DNA of 64,000 nucleotides from Candidatus Omnitrophota bacterium (GTDB lineage Bacteria > Omnitrophota > Gorgyraeia > JAHJTE01). The translations under genes and the position numbers were made by a program. The stretch covers positions 129,332 to 193,331 of the forward strand of contig JAHJTE010000001.1 in assembly GCA_018830005.1 (NCBI GenBank), read 5' to 3'. The notes under the pieces were generated by a model that searched no databases, was not told the origin of the DNA, and saw nothing but the letters and a program-made list of their open reading frames with translations. Every line of letters begins with the position of its first letter. The stretch's first letter is position 1. This document shows positions 1 to 9,703 of this stretch, piece after piece.

Positions 1-2
1 TG

Positions 3-431
3 TTGCTTTTTGCTCAGGCAGGGACATTAAAATATACTGGAGCAACGAATGTAATAGCAAATAGCTTAGCACATATTGTAGGGCATAATCCGCGCCAGCT
101 TATCAGTGTTGTTCTCTGGAGTAGCGCAATAGGCTCAAGCATCCTTGATAATGTGGTGTTTGTTGCAGCCTTTATTCCGATTATCCATAGCTTCGAAGAG
201 ATAGGATTCAATATAACATCCCTCTGGTGGGCCTTACTTTTTGGCGGATGCTTTGGCGGTAATATTACCATGATTGGCTCTACAGCAAATATTGTTGCCC
301 TGGGTATTTTAGAAAAAGAACGTAATATCAAAATAGTATTTTTTGAATGGTTCTGGATAGGAGCGACTGTTGGTGTTTTTACCACTTGTATTGTTTGGTT
401 GGGATTGTTATTCTTGCCTTTCTATCGATGA
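3..431 (+). CDS. C-terminal fragment of an ion-transporter-superfamily permease (ArsB/NhaD/SLC13-like); the 5' end lies outside the window
   Basis: ORF runs off the window start. Multi-TM hydrophobic sequence with motifs typical of ArsB/NhaD-type permeases (GSTANIVALGIL, FGGCFGGNITMIGS). Confidence 0.45.
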   Translation: MLFAQAGTLKYTGATNVIANSLAHIVGHNPRQLISVVLWSSAIGSSILDNVVFVAAFIPIIHSFEEIGFNITSLWWALLFGGCFGGNITMIGSTANIVALGILEKERNIKIVFFEWFWIGATVGVFTTCIVWLGLLFLPFYR

Positions 432-453
432 TTAAATTTACGAGGTGGTCTTT

Positions 454-1047
454 ATGATGATAAGATTCAGGCGTTATTTTTTTACAGGGCTTGCTGTATT
501 GCTTCCGATTGTTCTTACAGGCTACATTATTTTTGCTTTTTTCAATTTCGCTGAAAATTTGGTAGGTAAACACATTAACAATTATCTATCAAGCAATTTT
601 GGTTTTGATATCCCCGGTTTGGGATTGCTATTGGCTGCATTAATTATAATCATTGCAGGGTTCCTAAGTACTCATTTTTTCACAAGAAAAATTTTGCCTA
701 TTTTTGAAGGGATATTTTTACGCCTGCCTTTAATCCGTCAGATTTATCCCGCAGTTAAGAAAATAGTTCAGTTTTTATTTTCTGAAAAGAGGCAGCTGTT
801 CAAGAAGGTTGTTCTTATCCAATATCCGCGCAAGGGTATATGGTCACTGGCCTTTGTTACCAATGAAGGCATACCTCAGGCAAGCAAGAAAATTGGCAAG
901 GAAATGCTTAATGTGTTTGTTCCAGGCACTCCGGGTCCTTTAACAGGTTTTTTTATTTTAGTGCCAAAAGAGGATGTGATTTCCTTGGATATATCTGCAG
1001 AGGAGGCCTTGAAACTTTTTGTTTCCGGAGGCGTGCTGAACCCTTAA
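454..1047 (+). CDS. DUF502-family membrane protein
   Basis: N-terminal RFRRYFFTGLAVLLPIVLT plus a following TM, characteristic of DUF502. GAGGTGG RBS 7 nt upstream of the ATG at 454; the ORF track started at an upstream GTG. Confidence 0.5.
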   Translation: MMIRFRRYFFTGLAVLLPIVLTGYIIFAFFNFAENLVGKHINNYLSSNFGFDIPGLGLLLAALIIIIAGFLSTHFFTRKILPIFEGIFLRLPLIRQIYPAVKKIVQFLFSEKRQLFKKVVLIQYPRKGIWSLAFVTNEGIPQASKKIGKEMLNVFVPGTPGPLTGFFILVPKEDVISLDISAEEALKLFVSGGVLNP

Positions 1048-1092
1048 AAACATAAATGAGCATTGATCTATACGACATGGGAGGTGGGCTGT

Positions 1093-1512
1093 ATGTCAAG
1101 AGCGCATGTTTTAAAAAGTGCAATACTTTTATTATCTATATTATTTTTTATTTCTAACTTTACATGTGCACAAGAGTCAAACCAGGATCTTGAAATAGAT
1201 ATCAGCTCTGAAGAATCACCCGATGTTGTATTAGAGGAAGAAGCATCTTCCCTAAAGGAGATCAAATGGGTATGGGGTGAGGTGATTGGAGTTGATAGTC
1301 TCAAGGAAGAGCTCTCCATAAGATACCTTGATTACGATTCAGATGCAGAGAAGGATAGAGTTTTTATTTTTGATAAAGATAGCAAATTTGAAAATATTAC
1401 TTCGCTTGAAAACATTGAGGCTGGCGATAGCGCCGGGATTGATTATTATATTGATGAAACCGGTAAAAATATAATAAAGTCAATAAGCATTGAGAAGTTG
1501 AATATTCCTTAA
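1093..1512 (+). CDS. secreted acidic hypothetical protein
   Basis: Strong RBS GGGAGGTGGG before the ATG at 1093. Signal-peptide-like N-terminus (LKSAILLLSILFFISNFTCAQE). No recognisable domain. Confidence 0.4.
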   Translation: MSRAHVLKSAILLLSILFFISNFTCAQESNQDLEIDISSEESPDVVLEEEASSLKEIKWVWGEVIGVDSLKEELSIRYLDYDSDAEKDRVFIFDKDSKFENITSLENIEAGDSAGIDYYIDETGKNIIKSISIEKLNIP

Positions 1513-1520
1513 GGGTTATC

Positions 1521-2039
1521 ATGATTAAGTTCTTTAATTTTCTAAAGAATATCTTATTTGGTATTTGTGTTTTATTAGCTTTATTTTTTGCCTTCAATGA
1601 GCTGTACTTCCTAGATAGAGTCGCTTTTGTTTCACCACTGGCTAAAGATATAGAGCTGGTTATAAGAGATGATTCTTATGGCAATGGCCACTTTGGAGCA
1701 CGTCGTAAGGGTGGGCTGAAGCATAGAGGTATTGATTTTAGCGCTTCTGTCGGTACCCCAGTCTGCGCTGCAAGGAGCGGATGGGTTATTGGAGCGAGGA
1801 CATCCCGCAGTCTGGGTAAATATGTTGAGATTTACCATAAAGGCGGTTTTATTAGCCTTTACGGACATCTTGATAGTATCGAGGTAAACATGTTAGAGCG
1901 CGTTAGGCAGGGCGAGGTTATCGGTAGTGTAGGCAAAACCGGAAATGCAAATTACAAAGGAATGAAGGCGCATCTACACTTTTCGCTTATGAAGGATAAC
2001 AAGTTTCAGGACCCCGTCCAATTTTTGCCAAGTTTTTAA
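1521..2039 (+). CDS. M23-family metallopeptidase (small, membrane anchored)
   Basis: HxxxD and HxH motifs (GLKHRGIDF, AHLHFSL), YVEIYHKGGFISLYGHL, N-terminal TM. Confidence 0.7.
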   Translation: MIKFFNFLKNILFGICVLLALFFAFNELYFLDRVAFVSPLAKDIELVIRDDSYGNGHFGARRKGGLKHRGIDFSASVGTPVCAARSGWVIGARTSRSLGKYVEIYHKGGFISLYGHLDSIEVNMLERVRQGEVIGSVGKTGNANYKGMKAHLHFSLMKDNKFQDPVQFLPSF

Positions 2040-2075
2040 CTAAGCCCAAGCTAGGCCCTTACAACCACTTCTTAA

Positions 2076-4469
2076 ATGTCAGTTAACATGCGCGAAAAAG
2101 AAAAAAAGACCAATCCAGAGATATTGTTTATATTCCCAGGATTCCAGGATAACGCTCTATTATCTTTTACCCTTGATTATAATTTAGGCAGCGGCTATAT
2201 ATTAGCCTATCTAAAAAAGAAAGGCATTAGGGCCAAGCAGTTTATCCACAGAGATCCCATTACTTTAAATGAGTTGGCTGATAAGATATTGGACCAGGCT
2301 GGGCAAATAGTCGGCTTCACTTGTCTTGATATAAATTATTATTTTGTTAAACTTATTTCACAGCTATTAAAAAAAAGAAATCCCAAATTAACTATTATAG
2401 CTGGCGGACCAACAGCTACTTTTTCTGATAAATTAATCATGCAGGATAATTCAGCTATAGACATATGCGTGCGGGCCGAAGCAGAGCAGAGTGCATATGA
2501 ACTGGTTAAGCGTCTAAGAACGAGTCAGGATATATCTGATATCCAGGGAATAACCTATCGTATAAAATCTAAACTCATGCGTAGCCCAGATAGACCTCCA
2601 ATAAGAGGCGATAATAAAGATGCAGGGCTAGATATCTTTCCCTCGCCTTATTTGGAGAATATCTTGGTCCCTGATGGTTGTATTGGAGTCTTGAGTTCTC
2701 GGGGATGTGTATTTAAATGTGTATACTGTAATTTCTCTGCAATGTCTGGATGGAGAATCAGTTATCACTCCGTAGATAGAGTAGTTTCTGAATTAAAGAT
2801 GATAAGTAACTGGCTTGAAAATAAAGACATACAGGCAAGGGCAAGAACAATAAGGATTATGGATGATGCATTTTCTCTAGATGTCGGGAGGGCGAAGCAG
2901 GTTTGTCGCAGGATTATTGAGGAAAAAATCCATCTGCCATTGGGGACTATGACGCGAGCAGATAGAGTGGATAAAGAACTACTTCACCTTATGTATAGGG
3001 CAGGATTTAAGGATATAGGTTTTGGATTAGAAAGTACTTCGCCCAGAGTATTACGTATCATAAAAAAGGTGAGGACAAACTTAAATAATGAGGATAACTT
3101 TCTTCCAGAAAAAAGATTCGTATCAAAACTTAAAGAAAATGTGAAAATAGCGAAAGAAATTGGATTAACGCCAAAAGTCAATATAATAATGGGCTTACCA
3201 GGCTCAAGCATTAAAGATGACAGAGAAACAGTGAGATTTGTTAGGCAGTTAGAACTCCCAGATTGTAGTTATAACTATTTGAGAATTTTTCAGGGAACAG
3301 AATTATCTAAGACATATAAAGATCATGGCTTAGAAATAATACGACCTTTAACGCGCCTTCCACTTCAGACCCAATATACATATGATGAGCGCAAGATGCC
3401 ACACATTAAGAATCACGACCAGTCTATAATTGAGATTAACACAGGGGAAGAGCTGAGCAGATTGTTGACTGGTACATATAGCAACACTTGCAAAGGGGCT
3501 TATCCTGACCTCCTGATGAGAGAAAATTATCTAGATTCAAAGACTCTGCACTGGTTAAGAAATTATGCAGAGATTGCTCCAGCTATAGGTTTCCTGACCA
3601 GCTATGCTGAAGATAAAGTTTTTTATCGACTTATGAAAAAAATTATTTCTGCAGGTTTGCCTATCTCAAATATTTATTTATTCTCTTTGCTTAATAATGA
3701 TGGCATAAATCCAGCTGATTTAAATCCTATATCCGGAAGATATAAAGTAACCTTTGCAAGTGAGATACTATCTAATAAAACTAAGCGGTTCCTAAATTTA
3801 GGCCTATTTAAATTTATCCCTTTTGGGAGCTATCGCAATAATCATTCAGCTTCCAAAGGCAGTAATGTTACTGATAAGTTGATTTTTAACCTATCTACTC
3901 CTAAGGATATAGAGAGTCTTATAGATTTAGCTTCCTTTTCTGATAATCTAATTTTAAAAGGTGACATGGCCAAATCTGATTGCTATTTTCTGGATGAATG
4001 TAGATTCTCTGACGAAGAGTGTCCTGCTTTAAGTTTTCGACGGGCCATAATAAATAGGGACAATTCGATTATTCCTTGTTTTAATGCTAAGCCGATAGCA
4101 AAGGTTGGTCAGGAACCAAAGACCATAGCCAGGAACATGAACATGCTATCGTCTAACTTGAAGAATAAGAGAGGTTGCAATAGTTGTCTAGCGAAAGATT
4201 CATGTCCCAAATGTCTCTTTCCTTATCCTTTGAGTGATAGAGAGTATTGTCGCTTAATACGCAATAGCCATTCAAAGATAAATATGATGTTTAAATTCTT
4301 TAGTGCTTTAAGGCGGCTGAGATTTGATTACAATGAGATAGAACCAAGATCAAATTTTAATAGGATGAAGGTTCAAATTGATAATGAACTGCTGATTACT
4401 ATAGGCAGGAGAAAATACCTATATAATAGCCATGTTGATAAGTTACATCGGCTAGAGAGAAGAGCCTAA
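2076..4469 (+). CDS. B12-binding-domain radical SAM protein with ~330-aa Cys-rich C-terminal extension (SPASM-like CxxCx5CxxC)
   Basis: N-terminal cobalamin-binding Rossmann-like region (IIAGGPTATF). CxxxCxxC radical SAM motif RGCVFKCVYCNF. C-terminal CNSCLAKDSCPKC plus further Cys residues. Confidence 0.75.
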   Translation: MSVNMREKEKKTNPEILFIFPGFQDNALLSFTLDYNLGSGYILAYLKKKGIRAKQFIHRDPITLNELADKILDQAGQIVGFTCLDINYYFVKLISQLLKKRNPKLTIIAGGPTATFSDKLIMQDNSAIDICVRAEAEQSAYELVKRLRTSQDISDIQGITYRIKSKLMRSPDRPPIRGDNKDAGLDIFPSPYLENILVPDGCIGVLSSRGCVFKCVYCNFSAMSGWRISYHSVDRVVSELKMISNWLENKDIQARARTIRIMDDAFSLDVGRAKQVCRRIIEEKIHLPLGTMTRADRVDKELLHLMYRAGFKDIGFGLESTSPRVLRIIKKVRTNLNNEDNFLPEKRFVSKLKENVKIAKEIGLTPKVNIIMGLPGSSIKDDRETVRFVRQLELPDCSYNYLRIFQGTELSKTYKDHGLEIIRPLTRLPLQTQYTYDERKMPHIKNHDQSIIEINTGEELSRLLTGTYSNTCKGAYPDLLMRENYLDSKTLHWLRNYAEIAPAIGFLTSYAEDKVFYRLMKKIISAGLPISNIYLFSLLNNDGINPADLNPISGRYKVTFASEILSNKTKRFLNLGLFKFIPFGSYRNNHSASKGSNVTDKLIFNLSTPKDIESLIDLASFSDNLILKGDMAKSDCYFLDECRFSDEECPALSFRRAIINRDNSIIPCFNAKPIAKVGQEPKTIARNMNMLSSNLKNKRGCNSCLAKDSCPKCLFPYPLSDREYCRLIRNSHSKINMMFKFFSALRRLRFDYNEIEPRSNFNRMKVQIDNELLITIGRRKYLYNSHVDKLHRLERRA

Positions 4470-4473
4470 AAAG

Positions 4474-5130
4474 GTGATAACTACTTCGTTTAACAATATT
4501 AAATTAGTCATCTTTGATCTCGATGGCACATTGATAGATGCTTATGAGGCGATCGAGTCCAGTTTTAATTTTACTATGAAAAAATTAGGACTACCCACAA
4601 AAAGTAAGTCAGTAATCAAAAGGGCTGTTGGCTGGGGAGATAAAAAGTTATTATCGCCTTTTGTGCCAAAAAAGGCATTGAATTCTGCCTTAAGGATTTA
4701 CCGGGCACATCATAGGGAGTCACTGCCGAAGAAATCGAGATTATTTTCAGGAGTCAGGAAGTTGCTTGGGAGATTATCTTCGAGGTATCATCTAGCTGTT
4801 GCAAGCAACAGACCGACAAGATTTTCCAAAATCATATTGAAGGCGCTTAATATAAATAAGTACTTTTCTTTTTTGCTCTGCGGGGATAGACTAAAGAGAG
4901 GCAAACCGCACCCAGAGATTCTTCGTAAGATTTTAAGGTATTTTCGTATGCAGCACGATGAAGCAATTTATGTCGGAGATATGGCCATTGATGTCCAGAC
5001 TGCCAATAGTGCAAAAATAAAATCAATTATTGTTACGACTGGTTCAAGCAGTTTGTACGAAATCAAGAGAGAAGCTCCATATCAAATAATATCAAATATA
5101 AAACAACTAGAGAAATTATTGATAACCTAG
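4474..5130 (+). CDS. HAD-superfamily hydrolase (phosphoglycolate phosphatase-like)
   Basis: DxDGTL motif (VIFDLDGTLID); C-terminal GDMAIDVQTA motif of HAD subfamily IA. Confidence 0.7.
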   Translation: MITTSFNNIKLVIFDLDGTLIDAYEAIESSFNFTMKKLGLPTKSKSVIKRAVGWGDKKLLSPFVPKKALNSALRIYRAHHRESLPKKSRLFSGVRKLLGRLSSRYHLAVASNRPTRFSKIILKALNINKYFSFLLCGDRLKRGKPHPEILRKILRYFRMQHDEAIYVGDMAIDVQTANSAKIKSIIVTTGSSSLYEIKREAPYQIISNIKQLEKLLIT

Positions 5131-5164
5131 ATTAAATTGTTCACTCACTAAAAGGAGGCCTAAT

Positions 5165-5251
5165 ATGGGTACAGGCAGACGTAAACGTAGGGGCAAGCTT
5201 TCCTGGCGTTCAAAAAGAGCCAACAAAGGCAGGAAACCTTGTCGGGGATAA
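5165..5251 (+). CDS. 28-aa extremely basic peptide (MGTGRRKRRGKLSWRSKRANKGRKPCRG), possible small protein or leader
   Basis: Perfect AAAGGAGG RBS 5-6 nt upstream of the ATG. Its stop TAA overlaps the uppP ATG (ATAATGG). No homology recognised. Confidence 0.2.
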   Translation: MGTGRRKRRGKLSWRSKRANKGRKPCRG

Positions 5252-6048
5252 TGGTTTTTCGTTATGTGCTTTTAGGGGTAATTCAGGGCCTAACTGAATT
5301 TTTGCCTATTAGTAGCTCCGGGCACTTAGTTATATTACACAGATTACTAGACACGGCAGAAGGCGATATTGTCTTTTATATCATAGTACATCTTGGTAGC
5401 CTTTGCGCCATAGTGCTTTTCTGTTGGCCGGAATTAAAGAATATTCTTAGCGCCATACTGAGGCGTACTTATGTTAAGCCAGGGCCCTATCTAAAGGTAG
5501 CTAAATTCTTAATTATTGCCAGTATCTTTACAGCAGTAATTGCCATTAGTTTCGATAATTTTATTGAACGCATGTTTTCTTCGCTTTGGGTAGTCGGAGT
5601 GTCTTTAGTAATTACTGGAGGGGTACTTTTTTTAACAAAGTTTAAGCAGGCTAGCTGTATGCGCCAAAGAGAAGATTTAAAGCTTACTGATGGGGCCTTT
5701 ATCGGTCTTGCCCAAGGCCTATCGCTTGTTCCGGGTCTTTCCCGCAGCGCTATGACGATTAGCTTTTGCATATTTAGAGGTATAGAACCTGTATTGGCAG
5801 TGCGTCTTTCTTTTTTGTTGGCGATTCCGGCAATAATCGGGGCTGGGCTCTATAAGATAAAAGAAATCACCTCTGTCAGTATTGACTTCGGATATTTGTT
5901 AATAGCCTTTATTAGTGCATTTGTTTTTTCTCTTTTGGCTTTAAGAATTTTGCTAGTTTTAGTTTCGAGATTTAAATTTTATCACTTTGCTTATTACTGC
6001 TGGGGGTTATCTGTTTTAATTTTCTTCTTTCTAATAAGGGGAGCTTAA
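5251..6048 (+). CDS. uppP: undecaprenyl-diphosphate phosphatase
   Basis: Signature GLTEFLPISSSGHL near the N-terminus; SRSAMTI motif; ~8 TM segments. Confidence 0.85.
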   Translation: MVFRYVLLGVIQGLTEFLPISSSGHLVILHRLLDTAEGDIVFYIIVHLGSLCAIVLFCWPELKNILSAILRRTYVKPGPYLKVAKFLIIASIFTAVIAISFDNFIERMFSSLWVVGVSLVITGGVLFLTKFKQASCMRQREDLKLTDGAFIGLAQGLSLVPGLSRSAMTISFCIFRGIEPVLAVRLSFLLAIPAIIGAGLYKIKEITSVSIDFGYLLIAFISAFVFSLLALRILLVLVSRFKFYHFAYYCWGLSVLIFFFLIRGA

Positions 6049-6051
6049 CTT

Positions 6052-6345
6052 ATGAGTGATATAAAATCATTGACTCAACTTTGCAATAGAATCGCCAGAG
6101 AGAAAGGTTTCTGGGATGAGAAACGCAATGTGGGAGAGATGTTGATGCTTATTGTTACAGAGCTTGCCGAGGCCATGGAATCTTATCGTTTAAATGATAA
6201 GGAGAATTTTAAGGAAGAAATCGCTGATACATTTATTAGGCTTTTTGATTTAAGCGGCGGGTTGAACATCGATGTAGAAAAAGAGATTATGAAAAAAATG
6301 AAAAAAAACAAAAAACGGCCATATAAACATGGCAAGAGATGTTAA
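6052..6345 (+). CDS. MazG-like nucleotide pyrophosphohydrolase domain protein
   Basis: Small all-alpha protein with MazG-type EExxE pattern (VTELAEAMESY ... EEIADTFIRLF). Confidence 0.45.
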   Translation: MSDIKSLTQLCNRIAREKGFWDEKRNVGEMLMLIVTELAEAMESYRLNDKENFKEEIADTFIRLFDLSGGLNIDVEKEIMKKMKKNKKRPYKHGKRC

Positions 6346-6359
6346 ACAAGGAGTAGATT

Positions 6360-6824
6360 ATGCTGGAAGAAAAAATCTTAGAGGATTTTAAACAGGCCAT
6401 GAAGGAAAAGGATAAGGTGCGTTCTTCAATTTTGAGTTTCCTGCGTGCACAATTTAAAAATGCAGCCATTGCAGAGAAAAAAGATAAGCTTGATGATGCT
6501 GAGGTTGCATCTGTTCTCAGAAAGGAAGCTAAACGGCATGAGGATTCTATAGAGCAATTCAAGAAAGGCAACCGTCAGGATCTGGTTGAGAAAGAGACAA
6601 AGGAATTAGAGATTATCAAGACTTACCTGCCCAAATCCTTAGAGGATGCCCAGATAAAAGAGATAATCTCTCAGGTATTAAAGGAATTTCCTGATGCAAC
6701 TATAAAGGATATGGGCAAAGTCATGAAACAGGTTATGGAAAAGGCATCTGGAAAGGCTCAAGGAGGACGCGTCAGCGCATTGGTTAAGCAGGCATTGACT
6801 AAAAGTGAATCGCCTCAAGAATAG
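6360..6824 (+). CDS. GatB/YqeY domain protein
   Basis: Full-length similarity pattern to YqeY (LKEDMKQAMKEKDK..., TYLPKSLEDAQIKEII). Confidence 0.75.
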   Translation: MLEEKILEDFKQAMKEKDKVRSSILSFLRAQFKNAAIAEKKDKLDDAEVASVLRKEAKRHEDSIEQFKKGNRQDLVEKETKELEIIKTYLPKSLEDAQIKEIISQVLKEFPDATIKDMGKVMKQVMEKASGKAQGGRVSALVKQALTKSESPQE

Positions 6825-7041
6825 ATTTATAAAAGTAAAGGTCATAACAGGAGCATGCGAAAACAGGATTAAGCATGAAGGGGACAAGTTCAGGGTTTAT
6901 ACTACTGCCTCTCCTGAAAAGAATAGGGCGAATAAGTCTGTTATCGCTATCCTTGCCAAATTTTTTAATAAACGGCCACGAGATTTCCTGATAACTTGCG
7001 GGAAACATTCTAGAGAGAAGACCTTCCAGATTATCTCTTAA
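6805..7041 (+). CDS. DUF167 (YggU/UPF0235) family protein
   Basis: Conserved motifs KVKV...A.ENRI and SPEKNRANKSVIAILAKFF...GKHSREK. GTG start overlaps the yqeY stop. Confidence 0.5.
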   Translation: MNRLKNRFIKVKVITGACENRIKHEGDKFRVYTTASPEKNRANKSVIAILAKFFNKRPRDFLITCGKHSREKTFQIIS

Positions 7042-7065
7042 TTTAATAGGTTCTTGAACTAAAAC

Positions 7066-9045
7066 ATGATACATAGTAAGGATGAGTCCCTAATCGATTT
7101 AAGCAAGAGAAGGCGCGTGCTTCTAGTCGGCAATCCTAACGTTGGAAAGTCCGTAATCTTCAATCTGCTTACTGGTCAGTATGTCACTGTCTCCAATTAT
7201 CCTGGTACAACTGTTGAGATAGCAGAAGGTATTGCTAATTTCAACCCCAAATATACACTGATAATAGATACACCGGGGATAAATAATCTCTCTGTCTCCT
7301 CGGAAGACGAACGTGTTACCAGGGATTTAATATTCAACGAGAATGTCTCTGCAATTGTTCAGATTGCAGATGCCAAAAATTTAAAGCGCTCTTTGGTTTT
7401 AACCTTTCAGTTGATTGAGATAGGGAAGCCTTTAATATTAGTTTTGAATATTTATGATGAGGCTAAACAAAGAGGCATTAAGATTGATGTAGATAAGCTA
7501 TCTAAGATTCTAGGCATAGATTGTCTGCTTTCTGTGGCCACAGAGAAAATTGGCATAGAGGCCTTGCCTCAGCTCATATCCAAGGCAAAAATTTCTAATT
7601 TCAAAGTTGATTATGGTAGCGAGATTTCAAAATCATTAGATGAGCTTGCCTTTTTACCTTTAAACCGCTCCCCCGCTGTATTAGCCCAAAAAATTTATAG
7701 CTTGACAGATGAAGTTTACGTTTCGGATTATTTGGCTTATTCTAATCTATCTGGAGGTTTGAAAGTAAGGCTCGATGATGTCAGGGCTAAGTTACAGTCA
7801 AAATTATCAAAACCCATTTCTTTTATTGTAAACAACAGAAGAGCCATGGCCGCAGAGGAAATTATAAAACGGGTCTGTCGCCTTAGCGTTGACAGCTCAA
7901 AGGTGTTCTTGGAGAGCATCGGGAATATAATGCTTACTCCTCTAGGTGGCATAACCTTTGCTATTTTTATTCTATTTGTAATTTACAAATTTGTAGGAGG
8001 ATTTGGCGCGGGAATAATGGTTGATTTTTTCGAGGCGGTTTTGTTTCAGGAGTTTATTAATCCCAAAATAATTTATGTCGTAAATCGCTTGATTGGCTCT
8101 GCATTTTTGCGAGATTTTCTCATAGGAGATTATGGTTTGTTTACCATGGCTTTAACCTATGCCTTTGCAATAATCCTTCCTGTAGTGACTACTTTTTTTA
8201 TTGCCTTTGGTATTTTAGAGGATTCTGGATATTTACCTCGTCTTTCGGCATTAGCGGATAGATTGTTCAGAAAGATTGGTCTACATGGTAAGGCGGTTCT
8301 ACCGTTAGTATTGGGTCTAGGTTGCGATGCTATGGCTACTTTGACCACAAGAATATTGGATACACCCAAAGAGCGATTTATCGCCACCTTTCTTCTTTCT
8401 TTGGCAATTCCTTGTTCTGCCCAGTTAGGAGTTATTTTAGCGATGCTGAGCAGTATTTCAGTTAAGGCTACATTTATCTGGATCACCGTTATAGTTTCCA
8501 CAATGTTTCTGGCAGGGTTTGCCCTAGACAGTATGATTAAAGGAAGGCGTTCGGATTTTATTTTAGAAATCCCTCCTTTACGCCTGCCGCATGTAAATAA
8601 TGTTTTGACAAAATTATTCGCAAGGTTAAAATGGTACCTTAAGGAAGCAGTCCCAATTTTCCTTTTGGGTACGATTTTTCTGTTTATTCTAGATAGATTA
8701 AGCCTGCTTACAAAAATAAAAGAATTTTTCTCACCTGTAGTTATAGGCTTTTTGGGTCTGCCGCAAGAGGCGACAGAGGTATTTATACTTGGTTTCTTAA
8801 GGCGAGATTATGGGGTTGCTGGTTTGTATGTCTTAGCTCGAGAAGGGGCCTTGAGCAATCTACAAATCCTGGTAAGTATAATCGTAATTACACTCTTTGT
8901 TCCTTGTATCGCTCAATTTTTTGTGACTATGAGAGAAAGAGGCCTAAAGGTTTCTTTGTTGATATTCTTTTCAGTAATGACGATTGCGGTTTTGATAGGC
9001 GGTGCAGTTAATTTTATTATACAGTTTTTAAATATAGGGTTATAA
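7066..9045 (+). CDS. feoB: ferrous iron transporter B
   Basis: N-terminal G-protein domain (GNPNVGKS, YPGTTVE, DTPG) followed by a large polytopic membrane domain. Confidence 0.9.
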   Translation: MIHSKDESLIDLSKRRRVLLVGNPNVGKSVIFNLLTGQYVTVSNYPGTTVEIAEGIANFNPKYTLIIDTPGINNLSVSSEDERVTRDLIFNENVSAIVQIADAKNLKRSLVLTFQLIEIGKPLILVLNIYDEAKQRGIKIDVDKLSKILGIDCLLSVATEKIGIEALPQLISKAKISNFKVDYGSEISKSLDELAFLPLNRSPAVLAQKIYSLTDEVYVSDYLAYSNLSGGLKVRLDDVRAKLQSKLSKPISFIVNNRRAMAAEEIIKRVCRLSVDSSKVFLESIGNIMLTPLGGITFAIFILFVIYKFVGGFGAGIMVDFFEAVLFQEFINPKIIYVVNRLIGSAFLRDFLIGDYGLFTMALTYAFAIILPVVTTFFIAFGILEDSGYLPRLSALADRLFRKIGLHGKAVLPLVLGLGCDAMATLTTRILDTPKERFIATFLLSLAIPCSAQLGVILAMLSSISVKATFIWITVIVSTMFLAGFALDSMIKGRRSDFILEIPPLRLPHVNNVLTKLFARLKWYLKEAVPIFLLGTIFLFILDRLSLLTKIKEFFSPVVIGFLGLPQEATEVFILGFLRRDYGVAGLYVLAREGALSNLQILVSIIVITLFVPCIAQFFVTMRERGLKVSLLIFFSVMTIAVLIGGAVNFIIQFLNIGL

Positions 9046-9046
9046 C

Positions 9047-9703
9047 ATGAGTATGGATAAAAGAAATATTGAAGAACTACTTGAATTTTTCTGGATGCAA
9101 CGCGAAGATGGAAAGACTCAACTGGATAAAATCCTAGATTCCAAAGGCGAGAAAGTCAAAACAAGCGAAATTGATTATCTAGTTAAGGCAGGTTTTCTTA
9201 AGATAGAAGAGTCCTGCATTTATTTTCTTACTAAAGGTGAGACTATTGCCCGCAGGATAATTCGCGGTCATCGTCTCGCAGAAAGACTTTTTACTGATGT
9301 TTTGGGATTGGATATCAGAACAATTGAAAGTAATGCCTGTAAATTTGAACATATTGTTCATGATGAAGTTGCTGAAGCAATCTGTACATTGTTAGGACAT
9401 CCCAAGGAGTGTCCTCATGGCAGGCCCATACCCCAAGGTGAATGTTGTCTAAAGACAACGAAAGAAATCGCCAGAATCATCCTACCGCTTTCAGAGATGC
9501 CATTTGGCCAAAGGTGTAAGGTGGTCTATATTACCACCGGGCATTTGCACAGATTAAATAGATTATCTTCGCTGGGTGTCATGCCAGGAGTTGTGGTATC
9601 TCTGCGTCAGAGATTCCCCACCCCAATATTAGATGTAGAACATACTCAAATTGCCATCGAAGAGGAAATTTTAAAAGACATATATGTGCGCAGAATTAAC
9701 TAA
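9047..9703 (+). CDS. DtxR/IdeR/MntR-family metal-dependent transcriptional regulator with C-terminal FeoA/SH3-like domain
   Basis: RGHRLAERLFTDVLGLD...CKFEHIVHDEVAEAICTLLGHPKECPHGRPIP matches the DtxR dimerisation/metal-site region. C-terminal FeoA-like fold. Confidence 0.75.
   Translation: MSMDKRNIEELLEFFWMQREDGKTQLDKILDSKGEKVKTSEIDYLVKAGFLKIEESCIYFLTKGETIARRIIRGHRLAERLFTDVLGLDIRTIESNACKFEHIVHDEVAEAICTLLGHPKECPHGRPIPQGECCLKTTKEIARIILPLSEMPFGQRCKVVYITTGHLHRLNRLSSLGVMPGVVVSLRQRFPTPILDVEHTQIAIEEEILKDIYVRRIN

Noticed and set aside
14-385. 123-aa minus-strand ORF antisense to the permease fragment. The same holds for many 60-230-aa minus-strand ORFs in the track, for example 33330-34025, 43584-44180, 52081-52677 and 62433-62855.
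   Set aside because: They lie entirely inside well-supported plus-strand genes and have no RBS, and their composition simply mirrors the sense strand. Such antisense ORFs are an expected artefact in AT-rich DNA.
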